From positions 1-32,656 of the forward strand of contig JAZHDE010000036.1 in NCBI GenBank assembly GCA_036584515.1: a DNA stretch of 32,656 nucleotides. Direction: 5' to 3'. Position numbers and translations under genes: made by a program. Each line of letters begins with the position of its first letter. Within the stretch, counting starts at the first letter, position 1. The DNA is from Candidatus Cloacimonadota bacterium (GTDB lineage Bacteria > Cloacimonadota > Cloacimonadia > Cloacimonadales > Cloacimonadaceae). This document shows, piece after piece, positions 1 through 8,782 of the stretch. The notes beneath the pieces were generated by a model. The model did no database searches. It saw nothing but the letters and a program-made list of their open reading frames with translations, and had not been told where the DNA came from.

Positions 1-872
1 TTAAGTGCGTCTATGAAGTCCCCCTGGTATACAAAAAAGCCGGGTTACCCAGTATTATCTGCAAGCACTTCGGTCTGGAATGTAAAGATAATGACATGGC
101 TGAGTGGCAACGTTATCTGCAGAATAGCACCCAAGCCCAAGATCCTGTAACCATAGCAGTCTGTGGCAAATATGTGAAACATCAGGATGCCTACAAAAGC
201 GTTGAGGAAGCTCTTCAACACGCCGCTGCCTGGCACAAGCGTAAGCTTGTTATGAAATGGGTAGATTCAGAGAGAGTCTTCAAACCAGCAGATCTGGATA
301 AAGAGCTGGCTAATGTTGATGGCATACTGATACCTGGAGGTTTTGGGGTTAGAGGTATAGAAGGCAAGATAGCCATAGCTCAGTATGCCAGAACTCATGA
401 TATTCCTTTCTTTGGGATATGCTTGGGCATGCATGTGGCAGTAATCGAATTTGCCCGCAATGTCTGCGGTCTGAAAGATGCTCATAGCACAGAGTTTGAC
501 GAAGTATCCCCTCATCCCGTGATCCACCTGATGGAAGACCAGCAATACATAGATATGGTTGGCGGCACCATGAGGCTTGGAGCCTACGACTGTTTGCTAA
601 AAGAGGGAAGCCTGGTAAGAAAAGCTTATCAATCTGAAAAGATTAGTGAACGCCATCGCCACCGCTATGAATACAACAACGCATATCGGGATAGCCTGCA
701 GGCCAACGGCCTGATCATCTCCGGAACCTCTCCGGATGGTTTACTGGTTGAGATCGTTGAGATTCCGGCATTGAAGTTCTTCACCGCAGTGCAATTCCAT
801 CCAGAATTCAAGAGCCGCCCCAATCGTCCCCATCCCATCTTCAGAGATTTTGTTGCTGCTGCCATGAAATGA
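1..872 (+). CDS. pyrG: CTP synthase, C-terminal glutamine amidotransferase part (5' end lies outside the window)
   Basis: The frame is open from the window edge; KCVYEVPLVYKKAGL... precedes the tracked Met at 96. Class-I GATase motifs are present: GICLGMH (nucleophile Cys), HRHRYE, QFHPEF. Confidence 0.9.
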   Translation, partial: KCVYEVPLVYKKAGLPSIICKHFGLECKDNDMAEWQRYLQNSTQAQDPVTIAVCGKYVKHQDAYKSVEEALQHAAAWHKRKLVMKWVDSERVFKPADLDKELANVDGILIPGGFGVRGIEGKIAIAQYARTHDIPFFGICLGMHVAVIEFARNVCGLKDAHSTEFDEVSPHPVIHLMEDQQYIDMVGGTMRLGAYDCLLKEGSLVRKAYQSEKISERHRHRYEYNNAYRDSLQANGLIISGTSPDGLLVEIVEIPALKFFTAVQFHPEFKSRPNRPHPIFRDFVAAAMK

Positions 873-977
873 TCCTTCAGCTAAGTGGTCTATGACAATG
901 CACTAGAACCTATTAGGTAATTGATTGCTGGCTTGTTGTGGAATCAGTTCCACAGTTATACTGCAATGTTGATGAAT

Positions 978-1022
978 CAGCCTGAGATAAAGCTTGCACA
1001 AAGCTCTCAGGCTGGTTTGTGT
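978..1022 (+). terminator. Possible intrinsic terminator after pyrG
   Basis: Perfect 10-bp stem CAGCCTGAGA/TCTCAGGCTG (978-987 / 1005-1014) with an inner GCTT/AAGC helix, followed by GTTTGTGTT. The U-tract is imperfect. A second 7-bp hairpin TGTGGAA-tcag-TTCCACA lies at 937-954. Confidence 0.4.
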
Positions 1023-1072
1023 TACACGAGTTTGTAAGTTCCATATTAAAAAAGGATTAATGACCTGCCAGC

Positions 1073-2128
1073 ATGAATAAGAGCAATGCATACAGAACCT
1101 TGATACGTACGGGAAGCATCTCACTTGTAGTGGGCTCTGTTTTGCTATGTCTGCTAATTCTTATTCTATTCGGTTGCAGTTCTGAAGATAAGGCCGAAAA
1201 CAATGATGATCTGCCAGCCAGGCTGGATTCTAATTCACTTACTGAAATCCGGATTGTGCCAAAATGGGAGGATCAAGCTCAGTTTGCAGGGCTTTATGTT
1301 GCCAAAGAGAAGGGATTCTTTGCTCGTCGTGGTATTGATGCCAAGATACTTGCCGGTGGACCTGAAAGGTTGGCGTTGCCCTCATTGACAAATGGCGAAG
1401 TGGAGTTTGCCATTCTGCATCTAGTAGCTGCTATGCTCAATCCTCCGACAGCAGCTCAGCTGGTTAATCTTGCTCAGGTTTCACAGAAATCCTCTTTGAT
1501 TATTGCTGCCAGGAAAGACTTGGGGATAAACAAGCTCACGGATCTGAAGTTCAAGAAAATTGGACTTTGGAAGGGAGACTACCAGGAGCCCTCAATCATC
1601 TTCAACCGTAAATACAACCTGGAAATGGATATTATTAATATTGATTCCAGCGTTAATCTCTTCATAACTGGATTGGTAGAAGCTATGAATGTGATGCGAT
1701 ACAATGAATTGCACCAGCTCTACCAGGCCGGCATGGATGAGGAGGATTTACTTCTTTTCCCCTTCAGTGACTTAGGCCTGAACATCCCAGAAGACGGACT
1801 CTATACCCGGGAGCAGTACTATCTCACCAATCCCGATTTGTGCCGGGATGTAGCAGATGCCTTGATGGAAGGATGGCTTTATGCAATCAATAACGAAGAA
1901 GAAGCCTTGGATATTGTCCTTGAGGTGATGAGGAAGAACAACCTGTCGGCTAACCGACCTCATCAACGGTGGATGTTAAAGGAGATGAAAGAACTGATCC
2001 TGGCACGTCCCGGTGTCTTCGGCAGCTTGGAACAAGAGAGTTTCGAAGATACCCGGACCATTCTTGCAGAAGGTGGTTACCGCCCCACATTGATCAATTA
2101 CAACAGGTTCAACCCCAATGCCAAATAG
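1073..2128 (+). CDS. NMT1/THI5-like (ABC-type nitrate/sulfonate/bicarbonate family) substrate-binding lipoprotein
   Basis: 351-aa ORF. Signal peptide with lipobox (LILILFGC-SS). IRIVPKWEDQAQFAGLYVAKEKGFF is typical of the NMT1-like SBP fold. Its 3' end overlaps the next gene by 11 nt. Confidence 0.7.
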   Translation: MNKSNAYRTLIRTGSISLVVGSVLLCLLILILFGCSSEDKAENNDDLPARLDSNSLTEIRIVPKWEDQAQFAGLYVAKEKGFFARRGIDAKILAGGPERLALPSLTNGEVEFAILHLVAAMLNPPTAAQLVNLAQVSQKSSLIIAARKDLGINKLTDLKFKKIGLWKGDYQEPSIIFNRKYNLEMDIINIDSSVNLFITGLVEAMNVMRYNELHQLYQAGMDEEDLLLFPFSDLGLNIPEDGLYTREQYYLTNPDLCRDVADALMEGWLYAINNEEEALDIVLEVMRKNNLSANRPHQRWMLKEMKELILARPGVFGSLEQESFEDTRTILAEGGYRPTLINYNRFNPNAK

Positions 2129-4037
2129 TAACCAACCCTCCAGCCTTTCCAGTCAGATTGCTATCTACGTAAACGTATTTATTCTCCTCACCAGCGTTAC
2201 ACTGATTATTGCTACACGCTTGCTTATGACAGGAGTAATGGAAGAAAACGCCAGTATCTTGGTAGATTCCATTACCAACGAAAACATCACACGCACCGAA
2301 GCCAAGCTTTCAAAAGTGGAAAGCATCGGCAGGAATGTACGTTTTCTCTTTCAGAATTCAGTGGGCACCGATGCTCAGAGAATCGATATCATTACCACCC
2401 TGCTCAAAACCGGTTCTGAGATCAGTTCCATCGCTTTGGCTTATGACCCTGCGCTTAAGAAATATCCAGATGCTACGATTTACTACTTGGAGAATGGTAC
2501 TGTTAAAACCACCAAATTGAACCCGGAAGTATATCCATATACAGATTGGTACAATCTTGCCACTAGAACGGGAACCCCGATCTGGACGGAACCATGGTTT
2601 CAGCGAGACGGACTAAGGCAGATTGTGACCTCACACACCATTTCATTGCAAGAAAATGGCAAGACCGTGGGAGTGTTGCGCTTTGATCTCACCATCAACC
2701 GCTTACGGGAAATGATCAAGGTGGATAATCTCAAGAATAATGCCCGACTCTTCATGATCTCCAAAGCAGGCTCGTTTGTAGTTCATACAGACGATTCCCT
2801 ATCTATGAACTACAGCATCTTTGCTTTGGCAGAGGAGTACAACGATCCCATCCTGAGGGAGACCGGACAGCGCATGCTGAGGGGAGAGCGGGGATTCATC
2901 AAGTTAGAAGAGAATAGCCCCCTCCAAAACTACTGGCTGGCTTATGCTCCTTTGCGTTCCAATGATTGGGCTATTGGTGTGTTGCTTCCGGAGAAAGAGA
3001 TATTCAAAACTCTTAACAGCATAACTCTGATTCAGGCTCTGACTTCAATCTTTGCTTTTGTCTGCTTGGCACTGATCGTTTACTTCAAGATCAGGAGAAT
3101 AAACAAACCTTTGAAAGAATTGGTTCAAGCTGCAGAAGAACTGGGTGCTGGGAATTTTGACGTTCAAGCTCCGGAGGCCCACGACTATGCTGAGATCTTG
3201 CAGCTCTCGCATTCTTTTAACTCCATGAAGGAATCCCTGCGGGATTACATCCGCAATCTCTCTGTGACCACAGCAGAGAAAAATAAGATCCAGACAGAAG
3301 TGGGTTTCGCTTCCACAATCCAGAAAAACCTGATCCCACCCAATCGCGATCATGGTCTTTTCCATAATTCCATCAAAGCCTACGGCGTTCTCAACCCTGC
3401 CGGGGATATTGGTGGAGACCTTTATGACTATTTCCTCATTGATGATAGTACATTCTGCTTTGCCATTGCCGATGTAACTGGGAAGGGTATTGTAGCCTCC
3501 ATGACAATGACCATGGTGAGTACTTTTATAAGGGCCAAAGCTTCATATCACAAAGGACCTGGCAGCTTGATGAAGGATATGAACGAATATCTTTGTGCAA
3601 ACAATATTGCCGAGAACTTTGTGACCATTATTGTTGGTTATCTGGATCTTCACTCAGGTAAGCTTCTCTATGCCAATGCAGGTCATGTTCCTTGGTTTAT
3701 CAGGAAAAAGGACTGCAGCTACCTCAAGCAGGGTGATACGCAATCCACAGCCCTGGGCTTCATGCCAAACCTCAAGATTACTGATGCCGAGTTGAGCCTG
3801 GATTTGGGGGACGAGATAATCCTCTTCACAGATGGCATCACTGAAGCCATGAGTACAAATGAGAACTTCTTTGGGATAGAAAGGCTGGAAGAGATCGTGA
3901 AGGACCTGCAGAACCCCAATCCGGAAACTACTGCCAAAGCCATCCTGACTGCTACCCAGAAATTTTCAAACCCAGATCAGCAGTACGACGATATCACCCT
4001 GCTGGTGATCGAGTTTGTGCATCCTATCCTAGTCTGA
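2118..4037 (+). CDS. Membrane sensor serine phosphatase: TM - Cache-like periplasmic domain - TM - HAMP - PP2C/SpoIIE domain
   Basis: 639-aa ORF with two hydrophobic segments flanking a ~270-aa extracytoplasmic region. HAMP-like RRINKPLKELVQAAEELGAGNF. SpoIIE/PP2C motifs GGDLYDY, DVTGKG, TDGITEA. Confidence 0.85.
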   Translation: MPNSNQPSSLSSQIAIYVNVFILLTSVTLIIATRLLMTGVMEENASILVDSITNENITRTEAKLSKVESIGRNVRFLFQNSVGTDAQRIDIITTLLKTGSEISSIALAYDPALKKYPDATIYYLENGTVKTTKLNPEVYPYTDWYNLATRTGTPIWTEPWFQRDGLRQIVTSHTISLQENGKTVGVLRFDLTINRLREMIKVDNLKNNARLFMISKAGSFVVHTDDSLSMNYSIFALAEEYNDPILRETGQRMLRGERGFIKLEENSPLQNYWLAYAPLRSNDWAIGVLLPEKEIFKTLNSITLIQALTSIFAFVCLALIVYFKIRRINKPLKELVQAAEELGAGNFDVQAPEAHDYAEILQLSHSFNSMKESLRDYIRNLSVTTAEKNKIQTEVGFASTIQKNLIPPNRDHGLFHNSIKAYGVLNPAGDIGGDLYDYFLIDDSTFCFAIADVTGKGIVASMTMTMVSTFIRAKASYHKGPGSLMKDMNEYLCANNIAENFVTIIVGYLDLHSGKLLYANAGHVPWFIRKKDCSYLKQGDTQSTALGFMPNLKITDAELSLDLGDEIILFTDGITEAMSTNENFFGIERLEEIVKDLQNPNPETTAKAILTATQKFSNPDQQYDDITLLVIEFVHPILV

Positions 4038-4173
4038 AGCCTAGTCACTACGACAGCATACCTACTCTGGCCATATGCTGGGTAGAGCTCTCCAAATCCG
4101 CTGAGCTAAACAAGTACTGAGGCAAGCACTAACCCAATAAGTTTTCCAGAATAACGGCACTATCTTGTCAATT

Positions 4174-4290
4174 CCTCCCTGCTTCACTTCTTTAGCGATG
4201 CATTAGTGAATCATTAGCGATCCTTTAGCAAAAGCCAAGGAAACGTATATTCTGCAGTAACTTAGGGTATTATTGTTTAATAAGGGAGCA
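4174..4290 (+). repeat. Dispersed intergenic element, copy A (11-nt phased TTAGCGA array plus hairpin)
   Basis: CCTCCC at 4174-4179. Repeat cores at 4192, 4203, 4214 and 4225 (TTAGCGA, TTAGTGA, TTAGCGA, TTAGCAA). Hairpin 4225-4238, AAGGAAAC 4237-4244, AGGGAG 4283-4288. Colinear with copies B, C and D. Confidence 0.85.
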
Positions 4291-4454
4291 GAAAGAGCAG
4301 TCGGACAGTGGCTTAGAGGATCACTCGAAAAATAAGTTCGGGCAAATTGAAAAAATATCCCAAAAGCGTCCCAATTTTCCCCAAACTGTCCCTCTATATA
4401 TGGTAGAGGGTCTTTCATTTGTGAGACCCGGAAAAAAACTAACAGGAGAGAGAA

Positions 4455-4901
4455 ATGAAAGTACGATTTCAATATGGGATGCCTGCACTGTCAGGCAAAG
4501 CTGGAGATCTAACCTTCTGTCTGCATAAGAGCAGCGGAAGAGTCTTTGCCCGGAGAAACAGATATCCTCACATGAGTGACAACCATCACAAAATCGGCAG
4601 CACAACCGCCAATCTGCATCGATTGAAGCCAAGCGTGGCATACAAGAATGATCTGCGTAGATATCTCATGGAATACCAGAGATCACGCTTTGTAAAACGC
4701 CGGCCGGCAGCAAATTGGGTGAATCTCTTTCTAAGCTTGATGTATGAGATGGCGCAGAAGATACCTGGGCTGGATCTCAGAACAATAAGCAGGACGGAAA
4801 TATACGAGCAGAATCTACCATGTATATCTGTGATGAGAGCTGTGGAAGCAGGATTGCTTCCACCATTGGGAGATTGGGAGAGTCTGATATCTGAGCTCTG
4901 A
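4455..4901 (+). CDS. Hypothetical basic protein (148 aa), no family recognised
   Basis: ATG ORF preceded by the purine-rich SD-like AACAGGAGAGAGAA. No motif I can assign. Confidence 0.55.
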   Translation: MKVRFQYGMPALSGKAGDLTFCLHKSSGRVFARRNRYPHMSDNHHKIGSTTANLHRLKPSVAYKNDLRRYLMEYQRSRFVKRRPAANWVNLFLSLMYEMAQKIPGLDLRTISRTEIYEQNLPCISVMRAVEAGLLPPLGDWESLISEL

Positions 4902-4906
4902 AGGCT

Positions 4907-5446
4907 CTATCTTTTGCTGATTGCTCCGGTGGGACAACCCTGGAAATCCTCTCCGTTTCCATTCTCACAGATACCACAGGAGATGCATTTATCCTTGTCG
5001 ATTACTGCCTTGCCATCTTGCATGGTGATGGCACCCACCGGGCAATTGGGAACGCAAAGCTGGCAACCGATACACTTTTCCGGATCAACCCGGTAGGCTT
5101 GAGAGGATTCTTCAGCCTGGCTTTGGCGGGTTGGAGCAGTCTCGGTTTTCACTGTAGTGGGTGCTGGGTCTGATGGAGTAGGCACCGGAACCCTGATGCT
5201 GTCGGAGAGGGGAACCACTACTTTGGCTTCAGGGGCTTTGGGGATTAGGACACCGTCCACACAACGTCGGCAGCCGATGCACTTGGTGGAATCTACTACT
5301 GCTTTGCCATTTACCATCTTAATAGCGTTGACCGGGCAAACTGGTTCATGCTCTTTGGGAAGTAGAATCCCGGTGTGAATCAATATCTGCACGGCAGCCA
5401 GACCGAGCAGCGCCAGGATCAGAAGGATCTGGAGAAAGTATTTCAT
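4907..5446 (-). CDS. Membrane-anchored multi-cluster 4Fe-4S ferredoxin
   Basis: Start chosen at the internal Met ([19 protein letters not shown]...), giving an ATGA overlap with the upstream gene's stop. CxxCxxC and CxxCxxCxxxCP motifs lie on both sides of a Pro/Thr/Ala-rich linker. Confidence 0.8.
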   Translation of the reverse strand: MKYFLQILLILALLGLAAVQILIHTGILLPKEHEPVCPVNAIKMVNGKAVVDSTKCIGCRRCVDGVLIPKAPEAKVVVPLSDSIRVPVPTPSDPAPTTVKTETAPTRQSQAEESSQAYRVDPEKCIGCQLCVPNCPVGAITMQDGKAVIDKDKCISCGICENGNGEDFQGCPTGAISKR

Positions 5447-6234
5447 TGTTCTTCCTTGCAATTGTTTTCCAAAGCTCTTCTGGGGCACTTTTGAGAGCAG
5501 ATGCCGCAGTGGATGCAATTGGGATCTTCCACCAGGCCAGTATCCAGAAGGTTGATATTCATGGGGCAGTAGAGACTGCAGAGACCGCAGTCGTTGCAGC
5601 GTTCCAAATTGCGCCGTATCTTGAGTCGTTTAATACCAAAGAGCTGTCCAATCTGCATGAAAAGGTTCATAAAGGCTGCATATGGGCAGAGGAACCTGCA
5701 CCACAGTCGATCTATAAAGAATGCTGCTACAAGGATTAGCACTGTGAGGATAAGTCCGGGAAGAGCCAGGCGTGGAAGCTGCGAAAGGGCATAGAAAGGA
5801 CAGATGCGGATGTAAACATAGGCCATCCCGGTAAAGGCTAGCAGTGTGGTGATTCCAAGAACGAAATACTTTGCTTTGCCCAGTTTCCTTTCCAAGTAAT
5901 ATGCTACTCGCTGTTTCATTCTATAGTTCCGGGAGCGAAGTGAGAAAATCAATTCCTGAATTGTGCCCAAAGGACAGATCCAGCCACAGAACTTACGTCC
6001 GATAACGATGGTCGAAACAGCGATCAGGAAGCCCAAGAGTACTGCAACCAAAAAGAGTTGTCCGGAGATTCCCATCAGTTGTTTCATGTTCATCCCAAAG
6101 CAAATCACGGCATAGGGGCAAGCGTTATGGATGGCCTTAGCACCTTTGGAGATTACAAAGAAGAGTATTCCCAAGGATATAAGCAGGAAGACTATCTGTA
6201 CGATGTTGCGAAAGTTTAGCTTCACTCTTTTCAT
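5443..6234 (-). CDS. Polytopic membrane polyferredoxin (NapH/MauN-like, COG0348-type)
   Basis: Several hydrophobic helices. [12 protein letters not shown] and [10 protein letters not shown] motifs. C-terminal [12 protein letters not shown] and [12 protein letters not shown] (2x 4Fe-4S). ATGA overlaps at both ends. Confidence 0.8.
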   Translation of the reverse strand: MKRVKLNFRNIVQIVFLLISLGILFFVISKGAKAIHNACPYAVICFGMNMKQLMGISGQLFLVAVLLGFLIAVSTIVIGRKFCGWICPLGTIQELIFSLRSRNYRMKQRVAYYLERKLGKAKYFVLGITTLLAFTGMAYVYIRICPFYALSQLPRLALPGLILTVLILVAAFFIDRLWCRFLCPYAAFMNLFMQIGQLFGIKRLKIRRNLERCNDCGLCSLYCPMNINLLDTGLVEDPNCIHCGICSQKCPRRALENNCKEEQ

Positions 6235-7070
6235 ATCAAATCAAGGCTCTTCAAAAGCTTTAGCCGGGAGTCTTGATCCAATCTATCTTTGGCAGGATTG
6301 GCAAGGCCGGCGGTTGCTTCGTGGAAGCTGGGTTTATCCACCTGATGATAGATTCCAGTCCAGATCGTATCGGTATCTGATGCCAGTCCGATAGCTTCCA
6401 TCATATTGGCAGGTTGGTTTTGCAATTCTTTGATACGTTGGTTATAATAGCTGTATGTGTTGTTGTAACTTACGCAGGGTTGCAAGACTTCGATGAAGGA
6501 GAAGCCTTTGTGCTGCACAGCTTGATTGATGATGGCGGCCAGTTGTTTGGGATTGGCAGAATAGGCTCTGGCCACAAAGCTGGCACCCGAGATCAAGAGC
6601 AGTGGAATGGCTTGGAAGGGTTCTTCCACGCTACCCTGAGGACTGGAGAGACCTCTGAAACCTAAAGGTGATAAGGGAGAGAACTGACCGGTGGTGAGGC
6701 CATAATTTCCGTTGTTATGTAGAATCAGGGTCATATCCAGGTTACGCTTGGCAGCAAAAAGAGTGTGTTCCAAGCCTTCTCCCAAGCTATCGCCATCTCC
6801 TCCAAAACTCACGACTGTAAGTTCGGGGTTGGCGAGCTTTATGCCTGTGGCGGTGGCTACTGCTCTGCCATGGAGGCCGTATATTCCTGAGATGTTTAGA
6901 TAGTCAAAGATCTTTCCATGGCAGCCAATACCGCAGGTGATGGCGAGCTTTGCAGGACTAAGACCTGATTCAAAGAGCTGATTGAAGGCTAGCTTCACTG
7001 CATTCAGGATGCCAAAGTTTCCGCAGGCGGGGCACCAGGTGTTGGCTTTGCCGGTATCAAGATTACGCAT
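6231..7070 (-). CDS. 2-oxoacid:ferredoxin oxidoreductase, beta (TPP-binding) subunit
   Basis: Start taken at the internal Met (MRNLDTGKANTWCPACGNFG), which overlaps the alpha stop by 8 nt (ATGCGTAA). WCPACG Cys motif and the GGDGDSLGEG TPP/Mg motif are present. Confidence 0.9.
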   Translation of the reverse strand: MRNLDTGKANTWCPACGNFGILNAVKLAFNQLFESGLSPAKLAITCGIGCHGKIFDYLNISGIYGLHGRAVATATGIKLANPELTVVSFGGDGDSLGEGLEHTLFAAKRNLDMTLILHNNGNYGLTTGQFSPLSPLGFRGLSSPQGSVEEPFQAIPLLLISGASFVARAYSANPKQLAAIINQAVQHKGFSFIEVLQPCVSYNNTYSYYNQRIKELQNQPANMMEAIGLASDTDTIWTGIYHQVDKPSFHEATAGLANPAKDRLDQDSRLKLLKSLDLI

Positions 7071-8715
7071 TGTCCACCTCCTTGATTCTATCTGCCAGTT
7101 CAATAGGATCCCAAGCTCTGCCGTCGTAGCGCAGGATGTCGGCTCTGCTGGTGAGTCCCAGCTTTTCTTTGAGGAACTGGGCAAAACGGGGCTTGGAATT
7201 GTGTTCGATTACTATTGCCGGCTCAGTGCAATAGGGGAGAAGCTGCTCTATGGGCAAGGGTTCCAGATAGATGGGCACCACAAGTTGATAATCGCCATCC
7301 AGATACTTCAGTGCTTCACGCACTTCAAGGGCTGTGGAGCCATAGGCAAAGATACGTTTGTTCCCTTCTCCATAAATGGCATAAGCTTGGTACTTACTGC
7401 AGGCTGCAGTAACGGGCTTTCTTTGCCGCTTATCCTTCATAGCGACTATGGCTTCAGCTTGATCAGTGCGCAAACCGCTTTCCAAATGCTCATGCGAGTT
7501 CCACTTAATCACTTCTTCTGAAGGGGGGAAGAGCATGGGAGAGATGCCATCTTCTGTGAATTGGTATCTCTTGTAACCTTCTGTTACTTGCGGAGAAAGG
7601 GGATTTGCTTGAGGTATCTGGTTTGTGGGCAGAGTAATATCCTGCATGGATTCGGAAAGATGCTTCTCAGTGAGCAGGATGGTGGGGATCTGAAGCTCCC
7701 AGGCCAGAGCCAGCAGCTCTCCAGCCAGGCTGAAAGCACGCTCAATACAGTCTGGACTGGCAACTATCCGGTCAAACTCGCCATGTCCCTGATGCAGGGC
7801 AAAATAGAGGTCTTCCTGAGCAGTGTAGGTGGAGACACCTGTGGCAGGACCTGGACGGGAAGAGAGAATACAGAGTAAAGGTGCTTCGGTAATCCCTGCC
7901 ATAGAAAAGGCTTCTTGCATCAGAGCGAATCCACCGCCACTGCTGCCGATGGCAGCTCTGGCTCCGCCCACTACTGCACCAACAGCCATATTGGCTGCAG
8001 CCAGCTCGCTTTCGGCGTGGATAGCCTTAACGCCCAGCTTGGCAGACATGGAAGCAAGGTAGTGCAAAATTGATGAAGCAGGGGTCATGGGATAGGCAAA
8101 ATACATATCCAGGCCTGTCAGCCAGGCTCCCAGAGATATTGCTTGGTTTCCTGTGAAAAGCTTGCTTGGTTCTCTGCTTACAAGCGAGGCCGGAAGTGAT
8201 GTCTGTGGCTGAACCAAAGGGAAGCATTTATCCGCAAAGATGAGGTTCTCTTCAATCTGTTTTTTGTAGCTCCTTTTGATCAGAGAGTGCATCTCTTCCT
8301 GATTCAATCCCAGATGAGCAAAAAAGATGGCAAGTCCGGCAAGACTGAGGTTTGCTGGATTCTGATAGGATTCCTTCATCAGGGAAGTGAGTGGAAGTCC
8401 TATACCTATATCATTAACAGCCTCATCTCTGTTGTAATAGATATTGCCTCCGACTTTCAGTTCGGGGAGATGCTTTGTATAGCTCAGTTGATCCAGACAG
8501 ATGATTAGGTCTGCATATTTGTATGCATTATGGATGGGATCTTCTGAAATGGATACTGTGCTGAAGTTGTGTCCGCCCTTGATCAGGCTCTGATAGTCGT
8601 CACTCTGAAAACAGTGTAAGCCGTGTTCCAGAGCTGTCTTGGCGATGAGCTGGGCAAGCTTTTTAACGCCTTCACCAGCCTTTCCGCCCACTATTACTGT
8701 AAATATGTTTTTCAA
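7063..8715 (-). CDS. 2-oxoacid:ferredoxin oxidoreductase, fused gamma-alpha subunit
   Basis: 550 aa with a TTG start preceded by GGAG. The N-terminal gamma-like VIVGGKAGEGV is followed by an alpha domain with FAYPMTPASS. Substrate is not assignable from sequence. Confidence 0.9.
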   Translation of the reverse strand: MKNIFTVIVGGKAGEGVKKLAQLIAKTALEHGLHCFQSDDYQSLIKGGHNFSTVSISEDPIHNAYKYADLIICLDQLSYTKHLPELKVGGNIYYNRDEAVNDIGIGLPLTSLMKESYQNPANLSLAGLAIFFAHLGLNQEEMHSLIKRSYKKQIEENLIFADKCFPLVQPQTSLPASLVSREPSKLFTGNQAISLGAWLTGLDMYFAYPMTPASSILHYLASMSAKLGVKAIHAESELAAANMAVGAVVGGARAAIGSSGGGFALMQEAFSMAGITEAPLLCILSSRPGPATGVSTYTAQEDLYFALHQGHGEFDRIVASPDCIERAFSLAGELLALAWELQIPTILLTEKHLSESMQDITLPTNQIPQANPLSPQVTEGYKRYQFTEDGISPMLFPPSEEVIKWNSHEHLESGLRTDQAEAIVAMKDKRQRKPVTAACSKYQAYAIYGEGNKRIFAYGSTALEVREALKYLDGDYQLVVPIYLEPLPIEQLLPYCTEPAIVIEHNSKPRFAQFLKEKLGLTSRADILRYDGRAWDPIELADRIKEVDNA

Positions 8716-8723
8716 TCTATTAC

Positions 8724-8779
8724 TCCAAAAATATGCTGGGGTTCAGTCTGAGCAAGGTTGCCTCAGGTGTCAACCCCGG
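8724..8779 (-). terminator. Possible intrinsic terminator after the 600-aa envelope protein gene
   Basis: Nested hairpin: GGGGTT/AACCCC outer stem, CTGAG/CTCAG inner stem, at 8736-8779. On the minus strand it is followed by CATATTTTTGG. Confidence 0.4.
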
Positions 8780-8782
8780 AGT

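Noticed and set aside
978-1072. Possible TPP (THI-box) riboswitch upstream of the NMT1/THI5-like binding protein, prompted by a CTGAGA motif
   Set aside because: CTGAGA lies inside a perfectly paired 10-bp stem. The rest of the THI-box consensus (the ACCTGATCTGGATAATGCCAGCG-like arm and the GGGG/ACCC pairing) is absent. A pyrG terminator hairpin explains it better.
4078-4087. 10-mer CTGGGTAGAG shared upstream of copy A (4078-4087) and copy C (22747-22756, minus strand)
   Set aside because: It lies at different offsets from the array (114 vs 82 nt) and is absent from copies B and D. I cannot separate chance from a diverged flank without more copies.
4192-4235. The 11-nt tandem arrays as a CRISPR array or ordinary microsatellite
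   Set aside because: The period is far too short for CRISPR repeats and spacers, and there are no cas genes. The copy number is fixed at four in all copies, with conserved unique flanks, unlike slippage-prone tandem repeats.
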